NCBI GenBank assembly: GCA_030704615.1
Contig: CM060733.1
Location: 41,912,001 to 41,976,000 of the forward strand
From: Takakia lepidozioides
Lineage: Eukaryota > Plantae > Bryophyta
DNA: 64,000 nt
Direction: 5' to 3'
The notes beneath the pieces are model-generated. The model worked only from the letters and a program-made list of their open reading frames with translations. It searched no databases and was not told where the DNA came from. Of this stretch, positions 32,301 to 47,300 are shown piece after piece (within the stretch, counting starts at the first letter, position 1; each line of letters opens with the position of its first letter). Made by a program: the position numbers and the translations under genes.

Positions 32301-35300
32301 ACAATGTGCGTTGGCGCACATTGTTTTGAGCTGAACATTGTTTGTGAGCTGAACTGTAGTGTTTTTTCAGATTGAAATTCGGCATTTAGGGCACGTTTAT
32401 GAGGATGAAAGAATCCCTCACTGGCAGCTCAACAGTGTGCGTCAATGCCCATTGTTTTGAGCTGTACATTCACTTTTTTTTGGGTGTTAAATTCGGACTT
32501 CCAGGGCAGGTTGTTTGATGATGAAATACCTTCAGTGGCAAGCTCAAACAGTGTGCGTTGGCGCACACTATTTGAGCTGAACATGTACTGTGTTTTTTTT
32601 CCGAGTTAAATTCAGACTTCGAGGGCAGGTTTTTTGATGATGATGAAATAACCATTTCAGTTGCAGCTCAAACATGTGCATTGGCGCCCACTGTTTGAGC
32701 TGAAAATTTAAGTGTTTTTTCAAATTGAATTTGGCATTTAGGGCACGTTTCTGAGGATGAAAGAATCCCTCACTTGCAGCTCAAACAATGTGCGTCAATG
32801 CACGATGTTTGAGCTGTACATGTCACTGTTTTTTTTTTGTTACATTTTGGATTTCCAAGGCAGGTTTTTGATGATGAAATAACCATTCAGTGGCAGCTCA
32901 AACATGTGCGTTGGCGCACACTGTTTGAGCTGAAAATGTAAGTGTTTTTTCAAATTGAAATTCGGCATTTAGGGCACATTTCGGAGGATGAAAGAACCCT
33001 CACTGGCACTCAAACAGTGTGCGTCAACGCAAACTGTTTGAGCTGTACATGTCACTTTTTTTGGTGATAAATTCAGCAGACTTCCGACAAGGTTTATTTG
33101 ATGATGAAATATCCATTCATTGGCAACTCAAACAGTGTGCGTTGGCGCAAACTGTTTGAATTGAACATGTAAGTGTTTTTTACTGAGTTAAATTTTGGAC
33201 TTCCAGGCAGGTTTTTGATGATGAAATACGCATTCAGTGGCAGCTCAAACATGTGCGTTGGCGCACACTGTTTTGAGCTGAAAATGTAAGTGTTTCTTTC
33301 TTCAAATTGAAATTCGGCATTTAGGGCACGTATCTGAGGATGAAAGAATCCCTCACTGGCAGCTCAAATAGTGTGCGTCAACGCACATTGTTTGAGCTGT
33401 ACATGTCACTGTTTTTCTGGTGTTAAATTAGGACTTCCAGGGCAGTTTTTTGATGATGAAATAATCATTCATTGGCAGCTCAAACAGTGTGCGTTGGCGC
33501 ACATTGTTTGAGCTGAACATGTAAGTGTTTTTTCATATTGAAATTCGGCATTTAGTGCACGTTTCTGAGGATGAAAGAATCCCTCACTGGCAGCTCAAGC
33601 AGTGTGCCTTCAAGCACATTGTTTGAGCTGTACATGTCACTGTTTTTTTGTTGTTAAATTCGGACTTCCAGGGTAGGTTTTTGATGATGAAATAACCATT
33701 CAGTGGCAGCTCAAACAGTGTGCGTTGGCGCACACTGTTTGAGCTGAAAATGTAAGTGTTTTTTCAAATTGAAATTCGGCATTGAGGGCACGTTTCTGAG
33801 GATGAAAGAATCCCTGACTGGCAGCTCAAACAGTGTGCGTCAACGCACACTGTTTGAGCTGTACATGTCACTGTTTTTTTTGTGTTCAATTCGGACTTCC
33901 AGAGAGGGTTTTTGATGATGAAATAACCATTCAGTGGAAGATCAAACAGTGTGCGTTGGCGCACACTGTTTGAGCTGAACATGTAAGTGTTTTTTCCGAG
34001 TTAAATTCAGACTTCCAGGGCAGGTTTTTGATGATGAAATAAGCATTCAGTGGCAGCTCAAACAGTGTGCGTTGGCGCACACTGTTTGAGCTAAACATGT
34101 AAGTGTTTTTTCCGATTGAAATTCGGCATTTTAGGGGCACGTTCTGAGGATGAAAGAATCCCTCACTGGCAGCTCAAACAGTGTGCGTCAACGTACACTG
34201 TTTGAGCTGTACATGTCACTTATTTTTTTTGTGTTAAATTCGGACTTCCAGGGCAGGTTTTATGATGAAATAACCATTCAGTGGCAGCTCAAACAGTGTG
34301 CGTTTGCGCACACTGTTTGAGCTGAACATGTAAGTGTTTTTTCATAGTGAAATTTGGCATTTATGGCACGTTTATGAGGATGAGAGAATCCCTCACTGGC
34401 AGCTCAAACAGTGTGCGTCAACGCACACTGTTTGAGCTGTACATGTCACTATTTTTTTGGTGTTAAATTCGGACTTCCAGGGCAGGTTTTTGATGATAAA
34501 TAATCATTCAGTGGCAGCTCAAACAGTGTGCGTTGGCGCACATTGTTTGAGCTGAACATGTAAGTGTTTTTTTCATATTGAAATTCGGCATTTAGGGCAC
34601 GTTTCTGAGGATGAAAGAATCCCTCACTGGCAGATCAAACAGTGTGCGTCAATGCACACTATTTGAGCTGTACATGTCACTGTTTTTTTTGTGTTACATT
34701 TGGACTTCCAGGGAAGGTTTTTGATGATGAAATTATTATTCCAGTGGCAACTCAAACACAGTGTGCGTTGGCGCACACTCTTTGAGTTGAACATGTAAGT
34801 TTTTTTTCCGAGTTAAATTCAGACTTCGAGGGCAGGTTTATGATGATGAAATAACCATTCATTGCAGCTCAAACAGTGTGCGTTGGCGCACACTGTTTGA
34901 GTTGAAAATGTAAGTGTTTTTTCAAATTGAAATTCGGCATTTAGGGCACGTTTCTGAGGATGAAAGAATCCCTCACTGGCAGCTCAAACAGAGTGCGTCA
35001 ACGCACACTGTTTGAGCTGTACATGTAACTTTTTTTTGGGTGTTACATTCGGACTTCCAGGGCAGGTTTTTGATGATGAAATAACTTGTGAGTGGCAGCT
35101 CAAACAGTGTACGTTGGCCACACTGTTTGAGCTGCCAATGTAAGTGTTTTTTCATATTGAAATTTGGCATTTAGGGCACGTTTCTGAGGATGAAAGAATC
35201 CCTCCTGGCAGCTCAAACAGTGTGCGTCAATGCACATTGTTTGAGCTGTACATGTCACTGTTTTTTTGGTGTTAAATTCGGACTTCCAGGGAGGGTTTTT

Positions 35301-38300
35301 GATGATGAAATAACCATTCAGTGGAAGCTCAAACAGTGTGCGTTGGCGCACACTGTTTGAGCTGTACATGGAAGTGTTTTTTCCGTGTTAAATTCGGACT
35401 TCCAGGGCAGGTTTTTGATGATGAAAGAACCATTCAGTGGCAACTCAAACAGTGTGCGTTGGCGCACACTGTTTGAGCTGAACATGTAAGTGTTTTTTCA
35501 ATTGAAATTCGGCATTTAGGGCACGTTTATGAGGATGAAAGAATCCTCACTGGCAGCTCAAACAGTGTGCGTCAATGCACACTGTTTGAGCTGTAACATG
35601 TCACTATTTTTTTGGTGTTAAATTCGGTCTTCCAGGGCAGGTTTTTGATGATGAAATAACCATTCAGTGGCAGCTCAAAAAGTGTGCGTTGGCGCATACT
35701 GTTTGAATTGAACATTTAAGTGTTTTTTCCGAGTTAAATTTGGACTTCCAGGGCACGTTTATGATAATGAAATAACCATTCAGTGGCAGCTCAAAGAGTG
35801 TGCGTTGGCGCACACTGTTTGAGCTAAACATGTAAGTGCTTTTCCGATTGAAATTCGGCATTTAGGGCACATTTCTGAGGATGAAAGAATCCCTCACTGG
35901 CAGCTCATACAGTGTGCGTCAACGCACAATGTTTGAGCTGTACATGTCACTGTTTTTTTGGTGTTAAATTCGGACTTCCAGGGTCGTTTTTGATGATGAA
36001 ATAATCATTCAAGTGGCAGCTCAAACAGTGTGCGTTGGCGCACACTGTTTGAGCTGAACATGTAAGTGTTTTTTCATATTGAAATTCGGCATTTAGGGCA
36101 CGTTTCTGAGGATGAAAGAATCCCTCACTTGCAGCTCAAACATTGTGCGTCAATGCACGATGTTTGAGCTGTACATGTCACTGTTTTTTTTTTTGTTACA
36201 TTTGGACTTCCAGGGCAGGTTTTTGATGATGAAATTATTATTCAGTGGCAACTCAAACAGTGTGCGTTGGCGCACACTATTTGAGTTGAACATGTAAGTT
36301 TTTTTTCCGAGTTAAATTCAGACTTCGAGGGCAGGTTTATGATGATGAAATAACCATTCAGTTGCAGCTCAAACAGTGTGCGTTGGCGCACACTGTTTGA
36401 GTTGAAAATGTAAGTGTTTTTTCAAATTGAAATCCGGCATTTAGGGCACGTTTCTGAGGATGAAAGAAACCCTCACTGGCAGCTCAAACAGTGTGCGTCA
36501 ACGCACACTCTTTGAGGTGTACATGTAACTGTTTTTTTTGGTGTTACATTCGGACTTCCAGGGCAGGTTTTTGATGATGAAATAATCTTTCAGTGGCAGC
36601 TCAAACAGTGTGCGTTTGCGCACACTGTTTGAGCTGAACATGTAAGTGTTTTTTCATATTGAAATTTGGCATTTAGGGCACGTTTATGAGGATGAGAGAA
36701 TCCCTCACTGGCAGCTCAAACAATGTGCCTCAATGCACATTGTTTGAGCTGTACATGTCATGTTTTTTTGGTGTTAAATTCGGACTTCCAGGGCAGGTTT
36801 TTGATGATGAAATAACCATTCAGTGGCAGCTCAAACAGTGTGCGTTGGCGTACACTGTTTGAGCTCAACATGTAAGTATTTTTCCGAGTTAAATTTGGAC
36901 TTCCAGGGCAGGTTTTTGATGATGAAATAACCATTCAGTGGAAGCTCAAACAGTGTGCGTTGGCGCACATTGTTTGAGCTGAACATATAAGTGTTTTTTT
37001 CCCAGTTAAATTCGGACTTCCAGGGCAGGTTTTTGATGATGAAATAATCATTCAGTGGCAGCTCAAACAGTGTGCGTTGGCGCACATTGTTTGAGCTGAA
37101 CATGTAAGTGTTTTTTCATATTGAAATTCGGCATTTAGGGCACGTTTCTGAGGATGAAAGAATCCCTCACTGGCAGATCAAACAGTGTGCGTCAATGCAC
37201 ACTATTTGAGCTGTACATGTCACTGTTTTTTTTTGTGTTACATTTGGACTTCCAGGGAAGGTTTTTGATGATGAAATTATTATTCAGTGGCAACTCAAAC
37301 AGTGTGCGTTGGCGCACACTATTTGAGTTGAACATGTAAGTTTTTTTTCCGAGTTAAATTCAGACTTCGAGGGCAGGTTTATGATGATGAAATAACCATT
37401 CAGTTGCAGCTCAAACAGTGTGCGTTGGCGCACACTGTTTGAGTTGAAAATGTAAGTGTTTTTTCAAATTGAAATCCGGCATTTAGGGCACGTTTCTGAG
37501 GATGAAAGAATCCCTCACTGGCAGCTCAAACAGTGTGCGTCAACGCACACTCTTTGAGGTGTACATGTAACTGTTTTTTTTGGTGTTACATTCGGACTTC
37601 CAGGGCAGGTTTTTGATGATGAAATAACCAGTGAGTGGCAGCTCAAACAGTGTACGTTGGCGCACACTGTTTGAGCTGCCAATGTAAGTGTTTTTTTCAT
37701 ATTGAAATTTGGCATTTAGGGCACGTTTCTGAGGATGAAAGAATCCCTCACTGGCAGCTCAAACAGTGTGCGTCAACGCACACTGTTTGAGCTGTACATG
37801 TAACTTTTTTTTTTGGTGTTACATTCGGACTTCCAGGGCAGGTTTTTGATGATGAAATAACCATTGAGTGGCAGCTGAAACAGTGTGCGTTGGCGCACAC
37901 TGTTTGAGCTGTACATGTAAGTGTTTTTTCCGTGTTAAATTCGGACTTCCAGGGCAGGTTTTTGATGATGAAATAACCATTCAGTGGCAACTCAAACAGT
38001 GTGCGTTGGCGCACACTGTTTGAGCTGAACATGTAAGTGTTTTTTCATATTGAAATTCGGCATTTAGGGCACGTTTATGAGGATGAAAGAATCCGTCACT
38101 GGCAGCTCAAACAGTGTGCGTCAATGCACACTGTTTGAGCTGTACATGTCACTATTTTTTGGTGTTAAATTCGGTCTTCCAGGGCAGGTTTTTGATGATG
38201 AAATAACCATTCAGTGGCAGCTCAAAAAGTGTGCGTTGGCGCATACTGTTTGAATTGAACATTTAAGTGTTTTTTCCGAGTTAAATTTGGACTTCCAGGG

Positions 38301-41300
38301 CACGTTTATGATAATGAAATAACCATTCAGTGGCAGCTCAAATAGTGTGCGTTGGCGCACACTGTTTGAGCTAAACATGTAAGTGCTTTTCCGATTGAAA
38401 TTCGGCATTTAGGGCACATTTCTGAGGATGAAAGAATCCCTCACTGGCAGCTCATACAGTGTGCGTCAACGCACAATGTTTGAGCTGTACATGTCACTGT
38501 TTTTTTGGTGTTAAATTCGGACTTCCAGGGTCGGTTTTTGATGATGAAATAATCATTCAGTGGCAGCTCAAACAGTGTGCGTTGGCGCATAGTGTTTGAG
38601 CTGAACATGTAAGTGTTTTTTCATATTGAAATTCGGCATTCAGGGCACGTTTCTGAGGATGAAAGAATCCCTCACTAGCAGCTCAAACACTGTGCGTCAA
38701 TGCACACTGTTTGAGCTGTACATGTCACTGTTTTTTTTTGTGTAACATTTGGACTTCCAGGGCAGGTTTTTGATGATGAAATTATTATTCAGTGGCAGCT
38801 CAAATAGTTGACGTTGGCGCACACTATTTGAGCTGAAATGTAAGTGTTTTTTCCGAGTTACATGTCACTATTTTTTTGGTGTTACATTTGGACTTCCAGG
38901 GCAGATTTTTTATGATGAAATAACCATTCAGTGGCAGCTCAATTAGTGTGCGTTGGCGCACACTATTTGAGCTGAACATGTAAGTGTTTTTTCCGAGTTA
39001 AATTCGGACTTCGAGGGCAGGTTTATGATGATGAAATAACCATTCAGTGGCAGCTCAAACAGTGTGCGTTGGCGCACACTGTTTGAGCTGAAAATGTAAG
39101 TGTTTTTTCAAATTGAAATTCGGCATTCAGGGCACATTTCTGAGGATGAAAGAATCCCTCACTGGCAGCTCAAACAGTGTGCGTCAACGCACAATGTTTG
39201 AGCTGTACATGTCACTTTTTTTTTGGTGTTAAATTCGGACTTCCAGACAATGTTTTTGATGATGAAATAACCATTTAGTGGCAGCTCAAACAGTGTGCGT
39301 CAACGCACACTGTTTGAGCTGTACATATCACTGGTTTTTTGGCGTTAAATTTGGACTTCCAGGGCAGGTTTTTGATGATGAAATAATCATTCAGTGGCAG
39401 CTCAAATAGTGTGCGTTGGCGCTCATTGTTTGAGCTGAACATGTAAGTGTTTTTTCATATTGAAATTCGGCATTTAGGGCACGTTTCTGAGGATGAAAGA
39501 ATCCCTCACTGGCAGCTCAAACAGTGTGCGTCAATGCACGATGTTTGAGCTGTACATGTCTCTGTTTTTTTGGTGTTAAATTCGGACTTCCAGGGCAGGT
39601 TTTTGATGATGAAATAATCATTCAGTGGCAGCTCAAACAGTGTGCGTTGGCGCATAGTGTTTGAGCTGAACATGAAAGTGTTTTTTCAGATTGAAATTTG
39701 GCATTTAGGGCACGTTTCTGAGGATGAAAGAATCCCTCACTTGCAGCTCAAACAGTGTGCGTCAATGCACGATAATTGAGCTGTACATGTCACTGTTTTT
39801 TTTTTTGTTACATTTGGACTTCCAGGGCAGGTTTTTGATGATGAAATAATCATTCAGTGGCAGCTCAAAAAGTATGCGCCAACGCACATTGTTTGAGCTG
39901 AACATGTAATTGTTTTTTCATATTGAAATTCGGCATTTAGGGCACGTTTCTGAGGATGAAAGAATCCCTCACTGGCAGCTCAAACAGTGTGCGTCAAAGC
40001 AAACTGTTTGAGCTGTACATGTCACTATTTTTTTGGTGTTAAATTCGGACTTCCAGGGCAGGTTTATGATGATGAAATAACCATTCAGTGGCAGCTCAAA
40101 TAGTGTACGTTGGCGCATACTGTTTGAGCTGAACATGTAAGTGTTTTTTCCGTGTTAAATTCGGACTTCCAGGGCAAGTTTTTGATGATGAAATAACCAT
40201 TCAGTGGCAGCTCAAACAGTGTGCGTTTGCGCACACTGTTTGAGCTGTCAATGTAAGTGTTTTTTCATATTGAAATTCGGCATTGGGGCACGTTTATGAG
40301 GATGAAAGAATCCGTCACTGGCAGCTCAAACAGTGTGCGTCAACGTACACTGTTTGAGCTGTACATGTCACTATTTTTTTGTGTGTAAATTCGGACTTCC
40401 AGGGCAGGTTTTTGATGATGAAATAACCATCCAGTGGCAGCTCAAACAGTGTGCGTTGGCGCACACTGTTTGAGCTGAACATATAAGTGTTTTTTCCGAG
40501 TTAAATTCGGACTTCCAGGGCAGGTTTTTGATGATGAAATAACCATTCACTGGCAGCTCAAACAGTGTGCGTTGGCGCACACTGTTTGAGCTAAACATGT
40601 AAGTGTTTTTCCGATTGAAATTCGGCATTTAGGGCACGTTTCTGAGGATGAAAGAATCCCTCACTGGCAGCTCAAACAGTGTGCGTCAACGCACACTGTT
40701 TGAGTTGTACATGCCACTGTTTTTTTGGTGTTAAATTCGGACTTCCAGGGCAGGTTTTTGATGATGAAATAATCATTCAGTGGCAGCTCAAACAATGTGC
40801 GTTGGCGCACATTGTTTGAGCTGAACATGTAAGTGTTTTTTCAGATTGAAATTCGGCATTTAGGGCACGTTTATGAGGATGAAAGAATCCCTCACTGGCA
40901 GCTCAAACAGTGTGCGTCAATGCACATTGTTTGAGCTGTACATGTCACTATTTTTTTGGTGTTAAATTCGGACTTCCAGGGCAGGTTTTTGATGATGAAA
41001 TAACCATTCAGTGGCAGCTCAAACAGTGTGCGTTGGCGCACACTATTTGAGCTGAACATGTAAGTGTTTTTTCCGAGTTAAATTCAGACTTCGAGGGCAG
41101 GTTTATGATGATGAAATAACCATTCAGTTGCAGCTCAAACAGTGTGCATTGGCGCACACTGTTTGAGCTGAAAATTTAAGTGTTTTTTCAAATTGAAATT
41201 CGGCATTTAGGGCACGTTTCTGAGGATGAAAGAATCCCTCACTTGCAGCTCAAACAATGTGCGTCAATGCACGATGTTTGAGCTGTACATGTCACTGTTT

Positions 41301-44300
41301 TTTTTTTGTTACATTTGGATTTCCAAGGCAGGTTTTTGATGATGAAATTATTATTCAGTGGCAGCTCAAACAGTGTGCGTTGGCGCACACTATTTGAGCT
41401 GAACATGTAAGTGTTTTTTCCGAGTTAAATTCAGACTTCGAGGGCAGGTTTATGATGATGAAATAACCATTCAGTTGCAGCTCAAACAGTGTGCGTTGGC
41501 GCACACTGTTTGAGCTGAAAATTTAAGTGTTTTTTTCAAATTGAAATTTGGCATTTAGGGCACGTTTCTGAGGATGAAAGAATCCCTCACTTGCAGCTCA
41601 AACAATGTGCGTCAATGCACGATGTTTGAGCTGTACATGTCACTGTTTTTTTTTTGTTACATTTGGATTTCCAAGGCAGGTTTTTGATGATGAAATTATT
41701 ATTCAGTGGCAGCTCAAACAGTGTGCGTTGGCGCACACTATTTGAGCTGAACATGTAAGTGTTTTTTCCGAGTTAAATTCAGACTTCGAGGGCAGGTTTA
41801 TGATGATGAAATAACTAATCAGTTGCAGCTCAAACAGTGTGCGTTGGCGCACACTGTTTGAGCTGAAAATGTAAGTGTTTCTTCAAATTGAAATTCGGCA
41901 TTTAGGGCACGTTTATGAGGATGAATGAATCCGTCATTGGCAGCTCAAACAGTGTGCGTCAATGTACACTGTTTGAGGTGTACATGTCACTATTTTTTTG
42001 GTGTTAAATTCGGACTTCCAGGGCAGGTTTTTGATGATGAAATAACCATCCAGTGGCAGCTCAAACAGTGTGCGTTGGCGCATACTGTTTGTGCTGAACA
42101 TGTAAGTGTTTTTTCCGAGTTAAATTTGGACTTCGAGGGCAGGTTTATGATGATGAAATAACCATTCAGTGGCAGCTCAAACAGTGTGCGTTGGCGCACA
42201 CTGTTTGAGCTGAAAATGTAAGTGTTTTTTCAAATTGAAATTCGGCATTTAGGGCACATTTCTGAGGATGAAAGAATCCCTCACTGGCAGCTCAAACAGT
42301 GTGCGTCAACGCAAACTGTTTGAGCTGTACATGTCACTTTTTTTTTTGGTGATAAATTCAGACTTTCAGACAAGGTTTTTGATGATGAAATAACCATTCA
42401 GTGGCAACTCAAACAGTGTGCGTTGGCGCATACTGTTTGAATTGAACATGTAAGTGTTTTTTACTGAGTTAAATTTGGACTTCCAGTGCAGGTTTTTGAT
42501 GATGAAATAATCATTCAGTGGCAGCTCAAACAGTGTGCGTTGGCGCACACTGTTTGAGCTGAAAATGTAAGTGTTTTTTCAAATTGAAATTCGGCATTTA
42601 GGGCACGTTTCTGAGGATGAAAGAATCCCTCACTGGCAGCTCAAACAGTGTGCGCCCACGCACACTGTTTGAGCTGTACATGTCACTGTTTTTCTGGTGT
42701 TAAATTCGGACTTCCAGGGCAGGTTTTTGATGATGAAATAATCATTCAGTGGCAGCTCAAACAATGTTTGTTGGCGCACATTGTTTGAGCTGAACATGTA
42801 AGTGTTTTTTCAGATTGAAATTCGGCATTTAGGGCACGTTTCTGAGGATGAAAGAATCCCTCACTAGCAGCTCAAACTGTGTGCGTCAATGCACATTGTT
42901 TGAGCTGTACATGTCACTATTTTTTTGGTGTTACATTTGGGCTTCCAGGGCAGGTTTTTGTTGATGAAATAACCATTCAGTGGCAGCTCAAACAGTGTGC
43001 GTTGGCGCACACTATTTGAGCTGAACAAGTAAGTGTTTTTTCCGAGTTCAATTCGGACTTCGAGGGCAGGTTTATGATGATGAAATAACCATTCAGTGGC
43101 AGCTCAAACAGTGTGTGTTGGCGCACACTGTTTGAGCTGAAAATGTAAGTGTTTTTTCAAATTGAAATTCGGCATTTAGGGCACATTTCGGAGGATGAAA
43201 GAATCCCTCACTGGCAGCTCAAACAGTGTGCGTCAACGCAAACTGTTTGAGCTGTACATGTCACTTTTTTTTTGGTGATAAATTCAGACTTCCAGACAAG
43301 GTTTTTGATGATGAAATATCCATTCAGTGGCAACTCAAACAGTGTGCGTTGGCGCATACTGTTTGAATTGAACATGTAAGTGTTTTTTACTGAGTTAAAT
43401 TTGGACTTCCAGGGCAGGTTTTTGATGATGAAATAATCATTCAGTGGCAGCTCAAACAGTGTGGGTTGGCGCACACTGTTTGAGCTGAAAATGTAAGTGT
43501 TTTTTCAAATTGAAATTCGGCATTTAGGGCACGTATCTGAGGATGAAAGAATCCCTCACTGGCAGCTCAAACAGCTGTACATGTCACTGTTTTTCTGGTG
43601 TTAAATTAGGACTTCCAGGGCAGGTTTTTGATGATGAAATAATCATTCATTGGCAGCTCAAACAGTGTGCGTTGGCGCACATTGTTTGAGCTGAACATGT
43701 AAGTGTTTTTTCATATTGAAATTCGGCATATAGTGCACGTTTCTGAGGATGAAAGAACCGCTCACTGGCAGCTCAAGCAGTGTGCCTCAATGCACATTGT
43801 TTGAGCTGTACATGTCACTGTTTTTTTGTTGTTAAATTCGGACTTCCAGGGCAGGTTTTTGATGATGAAATAACCATTCAGTGGCAGCTCAAACTGTGTG
43901 CGTTGGCGCACACTGTTTGAGCTGAAAATGTAAGTGTTTTTTCAAATTGAAATTCGGCATTGAGGGCACGTTTCTGAGGATGAAAGAATCCCTGACTGGC
44001 AGCTCAACAGTGTGCGTCAACGCACACTGTTTGAGCTGTACATGTCACTGTTTTTTTGGTGTTCAATTCGGACTTCCAGGGAGGGTTTTTGATGATGAAA
44101 TAACCATTCAGTGGAAGATCAAACAGTGTGCGTTGGCGCACACTGTTTGAGCTGAACATGTAAGTGTTTTTTTCCGAGTTAAATTCAGACTGTTTCCAGG
44201 GCAGTTTTTTTGATTTGTGATGAAATAACCATTCAGTGGCAGCTGTCAAACAGGTGCGTTGGCGCACACTGTTTGCTAAACATGTAAGTGTTTTTTTTCC

Positions 44301-47300
44301 GATTTAAATTCGGCATTTAGGGCACGTTTCTGAGGATGAAAGAATCCCTCACTGGCAGCTCAAACAGTGTGCGTCAACGTACACTGTTTGAGCTGTACAT
44401 GTCACTATTTTTTTTGTGTGAATTCGGATTTTGTGCTCCCAGGTTGTTTGATGATGAAATAACCATTCAGTGGCAGCTCAAACAGTGTGCGTTTGCGCAC
44501 ACTGTTTGAGCTGAACATGTAAGTGTTTTTTCATAGTGAAATTTGGCATTTATGGCACGTTTATGAGGATGAGAGAATCCCTTCACTGGCAGCTCAAACA
44601 GTGTGCGTCAACGCACACTGTTTGATTGCTGTACATGTCACTGTCACATTTTTTTGGTGTTAAATTCGACTTCCAGGGCAGGTTTATGATGATGAAATAA
44701 CCATTCAGTGGCAGCTCAAACAGTGTGCGTTGGCACATACTGTTTGAGCTGAACATGTAAGTGTTTTTTCCGAGTTAAATTTGGACTTCCAGGGCTGGTT
44801 TATGATGATGAAATAACCATTCAGTGGCAGCTCAAACAGTGTGCGTTGGCGCACACTGTTTGAGCTAAACATGTAAGTGTTTTTCCGATTGAAATTCGGC
44901 ATTTAGGGCACGTTTCTGAGGATGAAAGAATCCCTCACTGGCAGCTCAAACAGTGTGCGTCAACGTACACTTTTGAGCTGTACATGTCACATTTTTTTTG
45001 TGTTAAATTCGGACTTCCAGGGCAGGTTTTTTGATGATGAAATAACCATTCAGTGGCAGCTCAAACAGTGTGCGTTGGCGCACACTGTTTGAGCTGAACA
45101 TGTAAGTGTTTTTTCATAGTGAAATTTGGCATTTATGGCACGTTTATGAGGATGAGAGAATCCCTGACTGGCAGCTCAAACAGTGTGCAGCAACGCACAC
45201 TGTTTGTGCTGTACATGTCAATGTTTTTTTGGTGTTAAATTCGGACTTCCAGGGCAGGTTTTTGATGATGAAATAATCATTCAGTGGCAGCTCAAACAGT
45301 GTGCGTTGGCGCACACTGTTTGAGCTGAACATGTAAGTGTTTTTTTCATATTGAAATTCGGCATTTAGGGCACGTTTCTGAGGATGAAAGAATCCCTCAC
45401 TTGCAGCTCAAACAGTGTGCGTCAATGCACGATGTTTGAGCTGTACATGTCACTGTTTTTTTTTTTGTTACATTTGGACTTCCAGGGGAGGCTTTTGATG
45501 ATGAAATTATTATTCAGTGGCAACTCAAACAGTGTGCGTTGGCGCACACTATTTGAGTTGAACATGTAAGTTTTTTTTCCGAGTTAAATTCAGACTTCGA
45601 CGGCAGGTTTATGATGATGAATTAACCATTCAGTTGCAGCTCAAACAGTGTGCGTTGGCGCACACTATTTGAGTTGAAAATGTAAGTGTTTTTTCAAATT
45701 GAAATCCGGCATTTAGGGCACGTTTTCTGAGGATGAAAGAATCCCTCACTGGCAGCTCAAACAGTGTGCGTCAACGCACACTCTTTGAGGTGTACATGTA
45801 ACTGTTTTTTTTGGTGTTACATTCGGACTTCCAGGGCAGTTTTTTGATGATGAAATAATCTTTCAGTGGCAGCTCAAACAGTGTGCGTTTGCGCACACTG
45901 TTTGAGCTGAACATGTAAGTGTTTTTTCATATTGAAATTTGGCATTTAGGGCACGTTTATGAGGATGAGAGAATCCCTCACTGGCAGCTCAAACAATGTG
46001 CCTCAATGCACATTGTTTGAGCTGTACATGTCACTGTTTTTTTGGTGTTAAATTCGGACTTCCAGGGCAGGTTTTTGATGATGAAATAACCATTCAGTGG
46101 CAGCTCAAACAGTGTGCGTTGGCGCACCTGTTTGAGCTCAACCTGTAAGTGTTTTTCCGAGTTAAATTTGGACTTCCAGGGCAGGTTTTTGATGATGAAA
46201 TAACCATTCAGTGGAAGCTCAAACAGTGTGCGTTGGCGCACATTGTTTGAGCTGAACATATAAGTGTTTTTTCCCAGTTAAATTCGGACTTCCAGGGCAG
46301 GTTTTTGATGATGAAATAATCATTCATTGGCACCTCAAACAGTGTGCGTTGGCGCACATTGTTTGAGCTGAACATGTAAGTGTTTTTTCATATTGAAATT
46401 CGGCATTTAGGGCACGTTTCTGAGGATGAAAGAATCCCTCACTGGCAGATCAAACAGTGTGCGTCAATGCACACTATTTGAGCTGTACATGTCACTGTTT
46501 TTTTTGTGTTACATTTGGACTTCCAGGGAAGGTTTTTGATGATGAAATTATTATTCAGTGGCAACTCAAACAGTGTGCGTTGGCGCACACTCTTTGAGTT
46601 GAACATGTAAGTTTTTTTTCCGAGTTAAATTCAGACTTCGAGGGCGAGGGGTTTATGTTTATGATGATGAAATAACCATTCAGTTGCAGCTCAAACAGTG
46701 TGCGTTGGCGCACACTGTTTGAGTTGAAAATGTAAGTGTTTTTTCAAATTGAAATTCGGCATTTAGGGCACGTTTCTGAGGATGAAAGAATCCCTCACTG
46801 GCAGCTCAAACAGTGTGCGTCAACGAACACTGTTTGAGCTGTACATGTAACTTTTTTTTTTGGTGTTACATTCGGACTTCCAGGGCAGGTTTTTGATGAT
46901 GAAATAACCAGTGAGTGGCAGCTCAAACAGTGTACGTTGGCGCACACTGTTTGAGCTGTCAATGTAAGTGTTTTTTTCATATTGAAATTTGGCATTTAGG
47001 GCACGTTTCTGAGGATGAAAGAATCCCTCACTGGCAGCTCAAACAGTGTGCGTCAATGCACATTGTTTGAGCTGTACATGTCACTGTTTTTTTGGTGTTA
47101 AATTCGGACTTCCAGGGAGGGTTTTTGATGATGAAATAACCATTCAGTGGAAGCTCAAACAGTGTGCGTTGGCGCACACTGTTTGAGCTGTACATGTAAG
47201 TGTTTTTTCCGTGTTAAATTCGGACTTCCAGGGCAGGTTTTTGATGATGAAATAACCATTCAGTGGCAACTCAAACAGTGTGCGTTGGCGCACACTGTTT